From the NCBI GenBank assembly GCA_038727515.1, contig JAVYVS010000002.1:32001-96000 (forward strand): a DNA stretch of 64,000 bases. Reading direction: 5' to 3'. A model generated the notes under the pieces. That model saw only the letters and a program-made list of their open reading frames with translations. It was not told the origin of the DNA and searched no databases. Positions 32,036-42,188 of this stretch are shown in pieces; within the stretch, counting starts at the first letter, position 1; every line of letters begins with the position of its first letter. The stretch comes from Candidatus Methanomethylicia archaeon. GTDB taxonomy: Archaea > Thermoproteota > Methanomethylicia > Culexarchaeales > Culexarchaeaceae. Both the position numbers and the translations under genes were made by a program.

Positions 32036-33768
32036 GCCAATCCTTAAATCAATTTTTTCTAGTAACTGGTAGGACTTTGGCTCAAGGAGTATCCATGGAG
32101 AGTGAAGGTAAACTTAGTGATAGGTATTCTCAAGCAGTTGCAATTTTAGAAATGAATTCAATTGATATTAGTAAACTTGGAATTATTGATAGAGCTAAAG
32201 TTATTGGTGGCGGTGGAAGCGTAGTACTTCCTGTAAAGGTTAATGATAATCTCTCTCCGGGAACAGTTTTTGCTCCTCTAGGTCCATGGATAAACTTCAT
32301 AATGTCTTCATCAACTGATGGAACTGGTATGCCAAGTTTAAAATCCATTAAAGTTCATATTGAAGCTACAAATGAGGATTTTACAACTTTAAGTGCATTA
32401 TTAAATTTTCTTGGAGCTAAGGGGTTAGATTATTTTCCATTAGATAAACCGGTTAAAGTTGGGGAAAAGAAAGTTTTTGAAAATGTTCCATGCCCCTTCT
32501 GTGGGGATTTATGTGATCATCTTAAAATTGAAGTTGATGGTGATAAGATCGTTAGGAATATTGGTGGATGTGCAATATCAATTGCAAAATTCTTGAATTA
32601 TGATAGGCATAGGATTATGAAATCGTATATTAGAGATTCTGGTAGACTTATTGAAGTTGATGTGGATAAGGCTATTGATGTAGCTGCAGATATTCTTGTT
32701 AAAGCTAAGTATCCATTATTTTATGGGTGGTCTAATACATGTAATGAAGCTGTGGAGTTAGGTGTTGAATTAGCTGAGATCACACGTGGAGTAATTGATA
32801 ATACGAGTACAATATGTCATGGTCCCACAATTCAAGGTGCTCAAGAAGTTGGCTCCGTTAGAGCAACGTTTGGAACTGTTATACAACTTGCTGATTTAGT
32901 AATTTTTTGGGGTTCAAATCCATCTCATGCACATTTAAATCACTTTACTAGATTGATAATTCGTGAAGGTAAGTATGTTAAAGGTCGTAAAAATAGGAGA
33001 GTTGTGGTTATAGATGTTAGAAAGACGCCTATAGTTGATGCATCTGATCTCTTCATAAAGATAGAACCTGGAAGAGATTTAGAACTTTTAACTGCTCTTC
33101 AAATGGCTTTAAAGAATCTTGATATTGAATCGCCCATTGTTGCTGGTGTTTCAAGAGAGAAGGTTTTGGAGTTGGCTGAATTGATGACTACTGCCAATTA
33201 TGGTGTTATATTTGCAGGTGTGGGTGTAACTATGAGTGGTGCAAAGCATAGGTTTCTACAGGAGTTAATAAAGTTTTTACAAGAATTGAATGAATGGACT
33301 AAATTCGTTATGATACCCATGAGAGGGCATTATAATGTTACTGGTTCAAATGAAACCATACTTTGGCTTACTGGATACCCATATGCAGTTGATTTCTCTA
33401 GGGGGTTTCCAAAAATGATACCGGGAGTAACTACAGCTGTTGATCTTCTCTCTAATGGTGATGTTGATGCAGCTCTCATAATTGCAAGTGACCCTGCAGC
33501 TCATTTACCGCGTAAAGCTGTTGAACATTTATCTAAGATACCAGTTATAGTTATTGATACTAAATGGTCTCTTACAACCCTTTTCGCTGATGTTATAATC
33601 CCAGCTGGGTATGTTGGTATAGAATGTGAGGGTACAGCATATAGGATGGATGGCATCCCGATAAAGATGAAGAAAATTGTTGATCTAAGTCCTAATGTAC
33701 TATCTGATATTGAAATATTACGTAGGCTTTCAAATAAGGTTAAGGAGAAGATGGGGTGGGTTTCATGA
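32032..33768 (+). CDS. fwdB: Formylmethanofuran dehydrogenase, fused subunits D (N-terminal) and B
   Basis: The first ~115 aa are FwdD-like (TGRTLAQG...GPWIN...TDGTGMPSLK), followed by FwdB (CPFCGDLCD, CHGP, MRGHYNVTG, GTAYRMD) in one frame. Confidence 0.92.
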   Translation: MSQSLNQFFLVTGRTLAQGVSMESEGKLSDRYSQAVAILEMNSIDISKLGIIDRAKVIGGGGSVVLPVKVNDNLSPGTVFAPLGPWINFIMSSSTDGTGMPSLKSIKVHIEATNEDFTTLSALLNFLGAKGLDYFPLDKPVKVGEKKVFENVPCPFCGDLCDHLKIEVDGDKIVRNIGGCAISIAKFLNYDRHRIMKSYIRDSGRLIEVDVDKAIDVAADILVKAKYPLFYGWSNTCNEAVELGVELAEITRGVIDNTSTICHGPTIQGAQEVGSVRATFGTVIQLADLVIFWGSNPSHAHLNHFTRLIIREGKYVKGRKNRRVVVIDVRKTPIVDASDLFIKIEPGRDLELLTALQMALKNLDIESPIVAGVSREKVLELAELMTTANYGVIFAGVGVTMSGAKHRFLQELIKFLQELNEWTKFVMIPMRGHYNVTGSNETILWLTGYPYAVDFSRGFPKMIPGVTTAVDLLSNGDVDAALIIASDPAAHLPRKAVEHLSKIPVIVIDTKWSLTTLFADVIIPAGYVGIECEGTAYRMDGIPIKMKKIVDLSPNVLSDIEILRRLSNKVKEKMGWVS

Positions 33769-35486
33769 GTCAAATTCTTATAAAGAATGGTATCGTATAT
33801 GATCCACTAAATGGAATTGAAGGAGAAGAAATGATTATAGGGGTTAAGAATGGGAAGATTGTAGATCCATTGGAGATAAATGTTAATGAAGCTACGATTA
33901 TTGATGCTAAGGGTAAACTTGTACTTCCAGGTGGTATAGATATACATTCACATATTGCTGGACCAAAAGTTAATATTGGTAGGTTAATTAGGCCGGAAGA
34001 TCACTATTTAACTAATACTCCACATAAACTTCCTTATAAGAGGTCTGAAACTGGACTTACCGTACCAAATGTATTTAAATTGGGTTATGAATATGCTAGG
34101 ATGGGTTATACATTAGTTGCTGAACCCGCTACCCCACCAATAAAGACTAGGCATACACATGAGGAATTGAATGCTATTCCAATAATAGATAAAATGGCAT
34201 TTGTACTTGTTGATTCTAATTGGATCGTATTAGATTTAATTCAAGAATCTTCAAAAGATCTATTAACGGCTTTTCTGGGCTGGCTTTTATATGCTACTAA
34301 AACTTATGCTTTAAAGATTGTTGATGCCGGTTCAGATGCTTCTTGGATGATTAAGGGTGTTGGTTTAGATATTGATGATATTATTCCAGGATACAATTTA
34401 TCTCCTAAAGATATAATAGTGGCTGTTGCCGAATCTGCACAATTACTCAATATACCACATAAGGTTCATATTCATTGTAATAGACTTGGATATCCAGGTA
34501 ATTATTCCACTACTATTAAAACAATGAATTTAACCAAGGATATTGTGAAGATTTCTGAAGGCAATTTAATGCATATAACACATGTGCAATTTACGGGGTA
34601 TAAGGGTGATTCTTGGGGTTCATTGGAGAGTGGTGGAGAAGATCTAGCCAAGGAGTTAAATGCTAATCCTTACGTTACATTGGATATGGGTCAAGTGATT
34701 CCAGGTAGACCGGCTACAACTATGACTGCAGATGCTCCATTTGAATTTGTTTTATATCATCTTACACGTTGGAAATGGAGTACAACTGATACTGAAGTTG
34801 AAACGGCTTCAGGAGTAGTTCCATATAGGTATCGTAAGAAGAGTTATGTTAATACTATACAATGGGCTATTGGACTTGAAGTTGTATTATTAGCTAAGGA
34901 TTTATGGAGGGTTTTCTTAACAACTGATCATCCTAATGGTGGGCCCTTCATAGATTATCCATTGGTTATTAGTTGGCTTATGAGTAGAAAGGCTAGGGAA
35001 GAATTAATGATGAAAATGAATAAAAAGGCTTTAAAGAAGTGTGTTATACCCGCTTTGGATAGAGAGTTTACACTTAATGAAATAGTCATTATGACTAGAG
35101 CATCTCCAGCTAAATTTCTAGGTTTAGAGAAGATTAAGGGTCACTTAGGTTTAGGTGCTGATGCTGATATTGCTATATATGATATTGATCCTAGAAATAT
35201 TGATTTTAGTAGAGACTATGAAGCTGTGATTAAAGCTTTTAGAAGGGCATATATGACTATTAAGGATGGTGAAATTGTTGTTAAAAATGGTGAAATTGTT
35301 AAAACTACTTATGGTAGAACTTTCTATGTGAATCCTGAAATCCCTGAAGATCTTGCTAAATTACTATATGAAAGATTGAAATCTTCATTTAAGAGTTATT
35401 ACTCTATAGCTTTAGAAAACTTCATAATAGATAAACATGAATTGAAAAATCCATTTGAAATACCAATTAAAACGAATTTGAGGTGA
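33765..35486 (+). CDS. fwdA: Formylmethanofuran dehydrogenase subunit A
   Basis: GGIDIHSHIAG, HIHCNRLG, HVQF, TTDHPNGGPF and GADADIAIY; ATG overlaps the fwdB stop. Confidence 0.96.
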   Translation: MSQILIKNGIVYDPLNGIEGEEMIIGVKNGKIVDPLEINVNEATIIDAKGKLVLPGGIDIHSHIAGPKVNIGRLIRPEDHYLTNTPHKLPYKRSETGLTVPNVFKLGYEYARMGYTLVAEPATPPIKTRHTHEELNAIPIIDKMAFVLVDSNWIVLDLIQESSKDLLTAFLGWLLYATKTYALKIVDAGSDASWMIKGVGLDIDDIIPGYNLSPKDIIVAVAESAQLLNIPHKVHIHCNRLGYPGNYSTTIKTMNLTKDIVKISEGNLMHITHVQFTGYKGDSWGSLESGGEDLAKELNANPYVTLDMGQVIPGRPATTMTADAPFEFVLYHLTRWKWSTTDTEVETASGVVPYRYRKKSYVNTIQWAIGLEVVLLAKDLWRVFLTTDHPNGGPFIDYPLVISWLMSRKAREELMMKMNKKALKKCVIPALDREFTLNEIVIMTRASPAKFLGLEKIKGHLGLGADADIAIYDIDPRNIDFSRDYEAVIKAFRRAYMTIKDGEIVVKNGEIVKTTYGRTFYVNPEIPEDLAKLLYERLKSSFKSYYSIALENFIIDKHELKNPFEIPIKTNLR

Positions 35487-35490
35487 TATC

Positions 35491-36360
35491 ATGAGTATCA
35501 CATATAGATTGAAATTAAAGGATAAATTTATTGTTCCAATAGATGCAAGAAGTATTTCCCCAGATAATTTTGTTGGTAAGAGTTTAGAGGATATTAAGAA
35601 GATTAGTATTTTTGAAGGTGGTAGAGAATCTACTATTGAAGATATATTTGATGTTGAAGGACCTAGCTTTTCATCGAAGGAAGCATTGAATAATGTGGAG
35701 ATAATCATTGAAGGAGCTTCTACGGGTAAATTGAGATATCTAGGTTATAAGATGAGTGGTGGGAAGATTATTGTTAAAGGTGATGCAGGTCATTTCATTG
35801 GTTATAGGATGAGTAATGGTGTAATAATTGTTGAAGGTAGAGCAGGCAGTTATGTTGGTTCAAAGATGAAGGGTGGAAGCATAGAGATCTTTAAGGATTG
35901 TGGTGATTGTATTGGTGGGAAGCTTCCAGGTGAAAAACCTGGTAAGGGTATGTCTGGTGGATCTATAATTGTACATGGAAACGCAGGTTCACAAGTTGGT
36001 GTTGGCATGAAGGGTGGTAGGATATTGATTGATGGTAATTCTGGAATGCTCTGTGGATCGTATATGATGGGTGGAACAATAATCGTAAAAATGAGGTGTG
36101 GGCTTTATCCTGGGGCTAGAATGACTGCTGGGAGGATTATAGTTGGTGGAGTTGTTGAAGGTATACTACCAAGCTTTTATGTGGATTCAATAATTCCATC
36201 AATTAAAGTTAGGGAGGTAGTATTCAATAAGCCTTTCATGATATTTCTTGGGGATGTTTTAGTTGGTGGGAGAGGAACACTAAATATATCTCTAGAAGAT
36301 AATAAATTATTGATTGAACCATATAAAGAGCTTTTAGAGGAGGTTTTTGAAATTGAGTAA
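35491..36360 (+). CDS. fwdC: Formylmethanofuran dehydrogenase subunit C
   Basis: ISPD and repeated GxxMxGGxIxVxG beta-helix units. Confidence 0.94.
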   Translation: MSITYRLKLKDKFIVPIDARSISPDNFVGKSLEDIKKISIFEGGRESTIEDIFDVEGPSFSSKEALNNVEIIIEGASTGKLRYLGYKMSGGKIIVKGDAGHFIGYRMSNGVIIVEGRAGSYVGSKMKGGSIEIFKDCGDCIGGKLPGEKPGKGMSGGSIIVHGNAGSQVGVGMKGGRILIDGNSGMLCGSYMMGGTIIVKMRCGLYPGARMTAGRIIVGGVVEGILPSFYVDSIIPSIKVREVVFNKPFMIFLGDVLVGGRGTLNISLEDNKLLIEPYKELLEEVFEIE

Positions 36361-37309
36361 ACCTATGAATAAACTGGCTGTGAATATAGTTGTAGACGCC
36401 ATTGGAAGGGAGAAAGAACTTCAAATAGCTTCATATAAGGTTGCTGGTGCAACTATCGTTGATATGGGTTTAAAGACTCCAGGTGGATGGGATGCTGGAT
36501 TAATATTGTCTAAGATCTGCCTTGGCGGATTAGGTGAAGTTAAATTAACGAGTTTTAATATTGATGGTATAATTCTTCCAGCGGTTATGGTTTATACTGA
36601 TTATCCTGTGGAATCATGTATGGCTTCACAATTAGCTGGTTGGAGGATAAAGGTTGGCGACTTTTTTGCTAATGCTAGTGGTCCTGCTAGAGCTCTTGCT
36701 AGGAAACCTAAGAAATTATATGAAGAATTGGGTTATTCAGAGGTTTGTGATGAAGCTGTTTTAGTTCTCGAAACTGAAATGTATCCAAATGAAGATGTAG
36801 TTAAATTTGTAAGTGAATCTACAGGTGTAAAACCTGATAACCTCTATTTGGTTATTGCTTCTTCAAGTAGTATTGCTGGATCTATACAGATAAGTGCAAG
36901 AATCGTTGAAACTGGTTTACATAAGTTTCATACGTTGGGCTTTAATATAAAGAGTATAAAGTATGGTTTTGGTATATGCCCAATAGCTCCATTACATCCA
37001 AATCCAATGGTTATGTTGGGTAAAACTAATGATATGCTATTATATGGAGGTTCAACATTCTATATGGTGGATTTTGATGATGATAATAAGCTTAAGGAAT
37101 TTGTTGAGAAATCTCCAAGTTCAACTTCAAGGGATTATGGTAAATCTTTCACAGAATTGGTTCTACAAGTTGGAGTAGACTTCCTATATAAACTTGATCC
37201 AAGCGTATTTGCACCAGCAGTAGTTGTGGTTAATAATATTAAAACTGGGTCTACATTTAAATCTGGTTTTATAAACTATGAAATTTTAAGGAAAGCTATT
37301 GGATTATAA
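36347..37309 (+). CDS. mch: Methenyl-H4MPT cyclohydrolase
   Basis: ICLGGL, CMASQLAGW, SGPARALA, SARIVETGLHK, NDMLLYGG and FAPA. Confidence 0.95.
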   Translation: MKLSKPMNKLAVNIVVDAIGREKELQIASYKVAGATIVDMGLKTPGGWDAGLILSKICLGGLGEVKLTSFNIDGIILPAVMVYTDYPVESCMASQLAGWRIKVGDFFANASGPARALARKPKKLYEELGYSEVCDEAVLVLETEMYPNEDVVKFVSESTGVKPDNLYLVIASSSSIAGSIQISARIVETGLHKFHTLGFNIKSIKYGFGICPIAPLHPNPMVMLGKTNDMLLYGGSTFYMVDFDDDNKLKEFVEKSPSSTSRDYGKSFTELVLQVGVDFLYKLDPSVFAPAVVVVNNIKTGSTFKSGFINYEILRKAIGL

Positions 37310-37318
37310 TACAACCTC

Positions 37319-38218
37319 TCATTTTTTTGCTTTTTCAATAACATATTTAGCTATTTCCATGGCTATATCCACATTTGTAACACTTTGTAAACCTCTCCAT
37401 CCAGGTTGACTATTTACTTCAAGAATGTATGGGGAATTATCTATTACAACTATATCTACACCAGCAATATCACATCCAAGGATTTCAGTTGATTTTAATG
37501 CTATTTCTTCAATTTTTGGATCTAGTTTTTCTATTAATTGTGGTGTGGCTCCTTGAGCTATATTAGTTTTCCATGCTTGTGGAGGCCCCCTTCTATACAT
37601 TGCTGATATTATTTCCCCTCCAATTATAAATGCTCTTATATCCGTTCCTCCATGTGGTAGGAATTCTTGCATATATATTGTATGGCCAGTAAATGTTAGT
37701 GATCTTACAATCTCCCAGAGTACATCTCTATCTCTAAGCCTAATTCTAGTGCTTCCATGACCTCTAGATCCAAACATCGGTTTTATAACTATATGTTGAC
37801 TTCCAAGTAGATCTACATTTTTTAAGGCTATACTAGATTTCTCTGTGACTATGGTTTTTGGAACTGGTATACCATGAATTTTAAGTGTATATAATGCTCT
37901 AAATTTATCCACACATTTTTCAATTGTTGATGGTTTATTAAATATTGGAATCCCTAATTCTTGTAATGCATATAATAGATCTATTCTGAATATTGCTTGA
38001 TCTAAACTAACCCTCCCAAATGGTCTAACTATAATTGCTGATAATTCTTTAACTATATTTACATCCCCAACATGCACCTTGATATCTTCTCTATCCATGT
38101 ATGCCATCATATCTTTAAATTTAAATGGTAGGGGTTTATGTCCAAGTTTCTCTATAGCTCTTATTATGTTATATGATGACCAACTATTTGGATTTCTAGT
38201 TATTATTCCGATAATCAT
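37319..38218 (-). CDS. RimK/MptN-family ATP-grasp alpha-L-glutamate ligase
   Basis: DKF, VPKT, KPMFGSRG, DIRAF, WKTN, GVD and LEVNSQPGW; adjacent to mch. Confidence 0.88.
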   Translation of the reverse strand: MIIGIITRNPNSWSSYNIIRAIEKLGHKPLPFKFKDMMAYMDREDIKVHVGDVNIVKELSAIIVRPFGRVSLDQAIFRIDLLYALQELGIPIFNKPSTIEKCVDKFRALYTLKIHGIPVPKTIVTEKSSIALKNVDLLGSQHIVIKPMFGSRGHGSTRIRLRDRDVLWEIVRSLTFTGHTIYMQEFLPHGGTDIRAFIIGGEIISAMYRRGPPQAWKTNIAQGATPQLIEKLDPKIEEIALKSTEILGCDIAGVDIVVIDNSPYILEVNSQPGWRGLQSVTNVDIAMEIAKYVIEKAKK

Positions 38219-38336
38219 TATTTTCGCCTTTCCCTGAAAATTTATTTATCAAACTTAAATATATACCATTTATAACGATTGCCTATGAATAAGGTTTTAG
38301 TAATAAATCGAATTTAAGTTTTGAAGGTGTATATTT

Positions 38337-39431
38337 ATGTATAGAGGGTTTAGAGATAGAGATTTCATAGAATCTGTTGATGGTTTAATTTTCTGCGTTA
38401 TTGGAAATATTCATCCTAAAAACCGTATTCTAGCGTATTTAAAGTATGTACCACATATGGAATCTAAAATAAGGGTTAAATGGTCTAAGAATGGGGTTTT
38501 GTATGGTAGAATACTTCCATATTATAGTGCTATGGGCGTTAAGGAAACTATGAGCTTTCTAAGGGGGAATTATCCTCAATATATTACCTATGATGTTTAT
38601 AGATCCATAGAGTTAATAGAGGTTCCATATGATAAAGTTAAAGTCCACTATAAACCGGAAGAGAGATTTAGAGAATTGTTTATTTCACCTAAGGATTATA
38701 TGGAGGAATTAGCTAAAGAAATTGTTGTTAGAATTTCAGATGAATCTAATGTAGATTTAGATTATTTCGGTATAACTGGTTCAATACTTCTAGGTATACA
38801 TAATCCATTGTATTCAGATGTTGACGTAATAGTTTATGGATATCAGCATGCAATTAGAGTTAGAGAAACTTTAAAGAAGCTTTATTGTGAAGAAGAGGAT
38901 TTCTCGCTTCCTAAGGGGGAGATTCTTAAAGCTTGGGCAAATGATATTATTAAAATTCACCCTTCATTAAAGTTTGAGGAAGCTTTACTTCTTTATAGCA
39001 AGTATAAGTGGAATAGAGCTTTATATAAAGGTAGGCAATTCTCTATACATCCAGTTAAACTTGAATATGAAGTTGAAGATTCTTGGGAGAATAAAATTTG
39101 TAAACCCCTCGGTATTGCAAAGATTAAAGCAAAGGTTGTAGATGCAAAAGACTCCATATTTATGCCAGCTACATACATTATTGATAATGTTGAAGTTATT
39201 GAAGGATTTATAACTTCTAAACCCATTATAAAGGTTTTAAGTTATGAGGGATTGTATATGGATTTAGCTAGTGTAGGTGATGAAATCATTGTTAAGGGTA
39301 AATTAGAAGAAGTTACTGAAGTTGATAGTGGTAAAGAGTATTGCCAAATTGTTATTGGAAGTTTTGAAGCATCCGGGTTAGATTATTTAAAACCAATTAA
39401 ATGGTTTCATCATCTTCAAAATGTTTCATAA
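38337..39431 (+). CDS. Uncharacterised archaeal nucleotidyltransferase-fold protein
   Basis: RDRDF...HP...YLKYVP N-terminal domain; GITGSILLG..SDVDVIVYG Pol-beta-type motif. Confidence 0.75.
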   Translation: MYRGFRDRDFIESVDGLIFCVIGNIHPKNRILAYLKYVPHMESKIRVKWSKNGVLYGRILPYYSAMGVKETMSFLRGNYPQYITYDVYRSIELIEVPYDKVKVHYKPEERFRELFISPKDYMEELAKEIVVRISDESNVDLDYFGITGSILLGIHNPLYSDVDVIVYGYQHAIRVRETLKKLYCEEEDFSLPKGEILKAWANDIIKIHPSLKFEEALLLYSKYKWNRALYKGRQFSIHPVKLEYEVEDSWENKICKPLGIAKIKAKVVDAKDSIFMPATYIIDNVEVIEGFITSKPIIKVLSYEGLYMDLASVGDEIIVKGKLEEVTEVDSGKEYCQIVIGSFEASGLDYLKPIKWFHHLQNVS

Positions 39432-40047
39432 TATTTAATGCCTTCATAAGGTCTTCTAAAGTATTTATATTGAAAAATTCTTTTTCAGGATTTGATGATA
39501 ATCTATATACGTCTACATAATTAACATTTAACATCTTTAAAATCGATTGAACTCTCTTCTCATTTAAAGATAAGACTTTATCTAATGCTTTTAGTAGTGG
39601 TTCTTTAAGATATATGGCTGTCAATGGCTCTAAAAACCCATTTGGCCATATAGGTACAACTGCTTCATAACCATCATCTAAATATTTCATCATAATCATA
39701 TGGATATTTGAATTTATGAATGGTGTGTCTGATGGTAATACGGCTATGGTATTGAAATTGGAATTTAAAACTCCAGTATAAATTGCCGCTAAAGGGCCTT
39801 CTGTTAATGGTGAATCAAATACGTATCTAATTTTTCTTGTAATATCAGTATTTAAAATCTTTAAATCCTCCTCTAGTACCTCCTTTTGCCATTTTTCACG
39901 TACTACTATTAGTATCTCATTATACTTGTCAATAAATTTCTTAAGGATAATCCTTATAATCGATTCTCCATTTAGTTTGATAAGTGGTTTAAATACCTTT
40001 ATTCTCTCTCCACTACCACCAGCTAAAATAATTAAGGAGATATTCAT
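39397..40047 (-). CDS. mobA: Molybdenum/tungsten cofactor guanylyltransferase
   Basis: ILAGG, GPLAAI, DTPF, EPLTAIY and FFNINT. Confidence 0.88.
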   Translation of the reverse strand: MNISLIILAGGSGERIKVFKPLIKLNGESIIRIILKKFIDKYNEILIVVREKWQKEVLEEDLKILNTDITRKIRYVFDSPLTEGPLAAIYTGVLNSNFNTIAVLPSDTPFINSNIHMIMMKYLDDGYEAVVPIWPNGFLEPLTAIYLKEPLLKALDKVLSLNEKRVQSILKMLNVNYVDVYRLSSNPEKEFFNINTLEDLMKALNIMKHFEDDETI

Positions 40048-40078
40048 GAATCCTTCAAACCTTAAATTAAATGTTTAT

Positions 40079-41077
40079 TTAAGTAGTTTTTCTAAAGTGT
40101 GGTATTACTTCTGAGGCAATTAATTCTAATGCCATCTTCCTATCTTTACCTATTGGTGATCCAAATACTATTTGTGTAACTCCCTTTTTAACAAGTTTAT
40201 CCAGCATTTCAACACATTCTTGTGGTGTTCCAGATATGGAAAATGCATTTATCATATCTTCCGTTACCGCTGCTGCAGCATCTTTAAATTTCCCTTTAGA
40301 TAAATGATCCCGTATAACATTTACCTTTTCCATTTCAATACCATGTCTCTTTAAAACTTCATCTCCAGCTCCAGCAACTATAAAAGCTACAACTGGTCTC
40401 ACAGTTTTCTTAGCTACGTTAATATCTTTATCTATTGAAAAACTTGTACAAGCAACAATATCTATCTTACTAAGTCTATCTTTAGCTGAATCTTTAATTA
40501 TCTTCATAGCATAATCATAGTCTTTTGGATGTGATGCATTTATTAATATTCCATCACCAATTGATGATGCTAAAGCAAGCATCTTTGGACCTTGTGCACC
40601 TACATAAATTGGGATATCGTGAACTGGTTTGTATGTTAATGATGCTCCTTTACTCTTAATTATCTCTCCATCAAAATTAACAACTTCCCCCTTTAAAAGA
40701 CGTCTAATAACTTCTACACTTTCCTTTACAGCTATTAATGGTTTCTTCCATTCAATAGCCATTTTATCTAATGTTGCTTTATCTCCAGCTCCTATTCCCA
40801 GCATAGCTCTTCCACCAGAAACTTCATCTATGGAGGCTATAGCTGAAGCGATCCATAAGGGATTTGTTACATATGGGTTGACTACACCAGTTCCAAGCTT
40901 AACATTTCTAGTGTTTAAAGCTATTGATGTTAATGTTACATAGATATTCCTATTGTTATAGTGATCTGTAACCCATATTACATCAAAACCAAGATTATCT
41001 GCATGTTTCGATAATTCAGTTATATCAGATATTGGAGTTACTGGAAGAAGTTCTAAACCAAATTTTACATAACCCAT
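40079..41077 (-). CDS. mer: F420-dependent methylene-H4MPT reductase
   Basis: WVTDHYNNR, GVVNPY, GIGAGD, GAQGPKML, LINASHP and GSPIG. Confidence 0.95.
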   Translation of the reverse strand: MGYVKFGLELLPVTPISDITELSKHADNLGFDVIWVTDHYNNRNIYVTLTSIALNTRNVKLGTGVVNPYVTNPLWIASAIASIDEVSGGRAMLGIGAGDKATLDKMAIEWKKPLIAVKESVEVIRRLLKGEVVNFDGEIIKSKGASLTYKPVHDIPIYVGAQGPKMLALASSIGDGILINASHPKDYDYAMKIIKDSAKDRLSKIDIVACTSFSIDKDINVAKKTVRPVVAFIVAGAGDEVLKRHGIEMEKVNVIRDHLSKGKFKDAAAAVTEDMINAFSISGTPQECVEMLDKLVKKGVTQIVFGSPIGKDRKMALELIASEVIPHFRKTT

Positions 41078-41276
41078 TTAGACACCAATATAAAATGTTA
41101 GGTATTATTGTTTAAAACTTTTATCATCAGTTAATTGACATAGTATATTAATTTTTAATTATATTGGTTTACTTAATAACGATGAAAATGATTTAATAAA
41201 TTAATTTAATCTTTTACAATTCATCTCACAGATTATTTTGATTACTAATTATATCAAGTATTATTTAGAATGTTAC

Positions 41277-42128
41277 CTATTTTACTATTGTTAATTGCTT
41301 TAGTGAACCTAGGAATGTTCCATCTAATAGGTATATTTCCGCTTCATCAATATTTATACTCCCAGACCTTAATACTGGTCCTATAAAATCTTTTAAAGCT
41401 TCATCTTTTGCAATTGAAATCTTATTTATTGCTCTACCACCTAGGAAGTTATTGAAAGATGGCATTATAATTAAGTTTTCCACCCTTGGTTCAATTGAGA
41501 ATTCCCTTATTAAGAAATCCTTTACATTAATGTCATTACTTGCTTTAATTTTATATTTTTTGAGTATTGATCTCGCTAGAATTTCAATATTACATGGAGC
41601 TTTAACCCATACTTGACTTGTTATTCTATACCCCATGTGATCTCTAAAGGTTATTGTTGGATGTACATGTCCTATAATCATGGTTCTACAACTTAGAATT
41701 CTTATATCTGGCCACGTATGTCCATGAAATAATCCTACATCCCCAATTATAATACCTTGTTGTTTTTCTAGTTTTATCCCATTTGGTATTAGTATGCTTA
41801 GATCGCCATCATGATTTCCAGGTACAATTATCACTTCTTCCACTAATCTTTTTACTTCTTCTAGAAATAATGGTATTTCACGCCATTCTTCTAAACTTAT
41901 TTTTTCCACTGTATGTTTTAGGTCTCCTAGAATTATTAAACTATTTATGTTTTCAAGTGATATTAAATCTTTGAGTTTTTTTAGAAGTTTATTTGTTTGT
42001 GATGGTATATGAATTCCATCTTCAGCTAAAGATGCTTCCCATCCTAAATGTACATCTGAAATTACTAGTGATCTCTTATTGTTTACATCTATTATTAGAG
42101 CTGCATATGGACTTACAGGTCTAATCAA
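41277..42128 (-). CDS. ICC-like metallophosphoesterase
   Basis: SDVHLG, GDLKH, GNHDG, HGH, GHVHP and MPSFN. Confidence 0.88.
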   Translation of the reverse strand: MIRPVSPYAALIIDVNNKRSLVISDVHLGWEASLAEDGIHIPSQTNKLLKKLKDLISLENINSLIILGDLKHTVEKISLEEWREIPLFLEEVKRLVEEVIIVPGNHDGDLSILIPNGIKLEKQQGIIIGDVGLFHGHTWPDIRILSCRTMIIGHVHPTITFRDHMGYRITSQVWVKAPCNIEILARSILKKYKIKASNDINVKDFLIREFSIEPRVENLIIMPSFNNFLGGRAINKISIAKDEALKDFIGPVLRSGSINIDEAEIYLLDGTFLGSLKQLTIVK

Positions 42129-42188
42129 TTCTTACACCGAGAAATCAATGCTTAATATTCAAATTTACGCTTAAACCTTTATTCTTTA

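Noticed and set aside
32800-32830. Possible selenocysteine in FwdB
   Set aside because: The metal-ligand position is a normal Cys codon (TICHGP) and there is no in-frame TGA.
12564-41077. Wood-Ljungdahl cluster as a recent island inserted at tRNA-Arg(GCG)
   Set aside because: No integrase, no tRNA 3' duplication was found, and the composition resembles the host.
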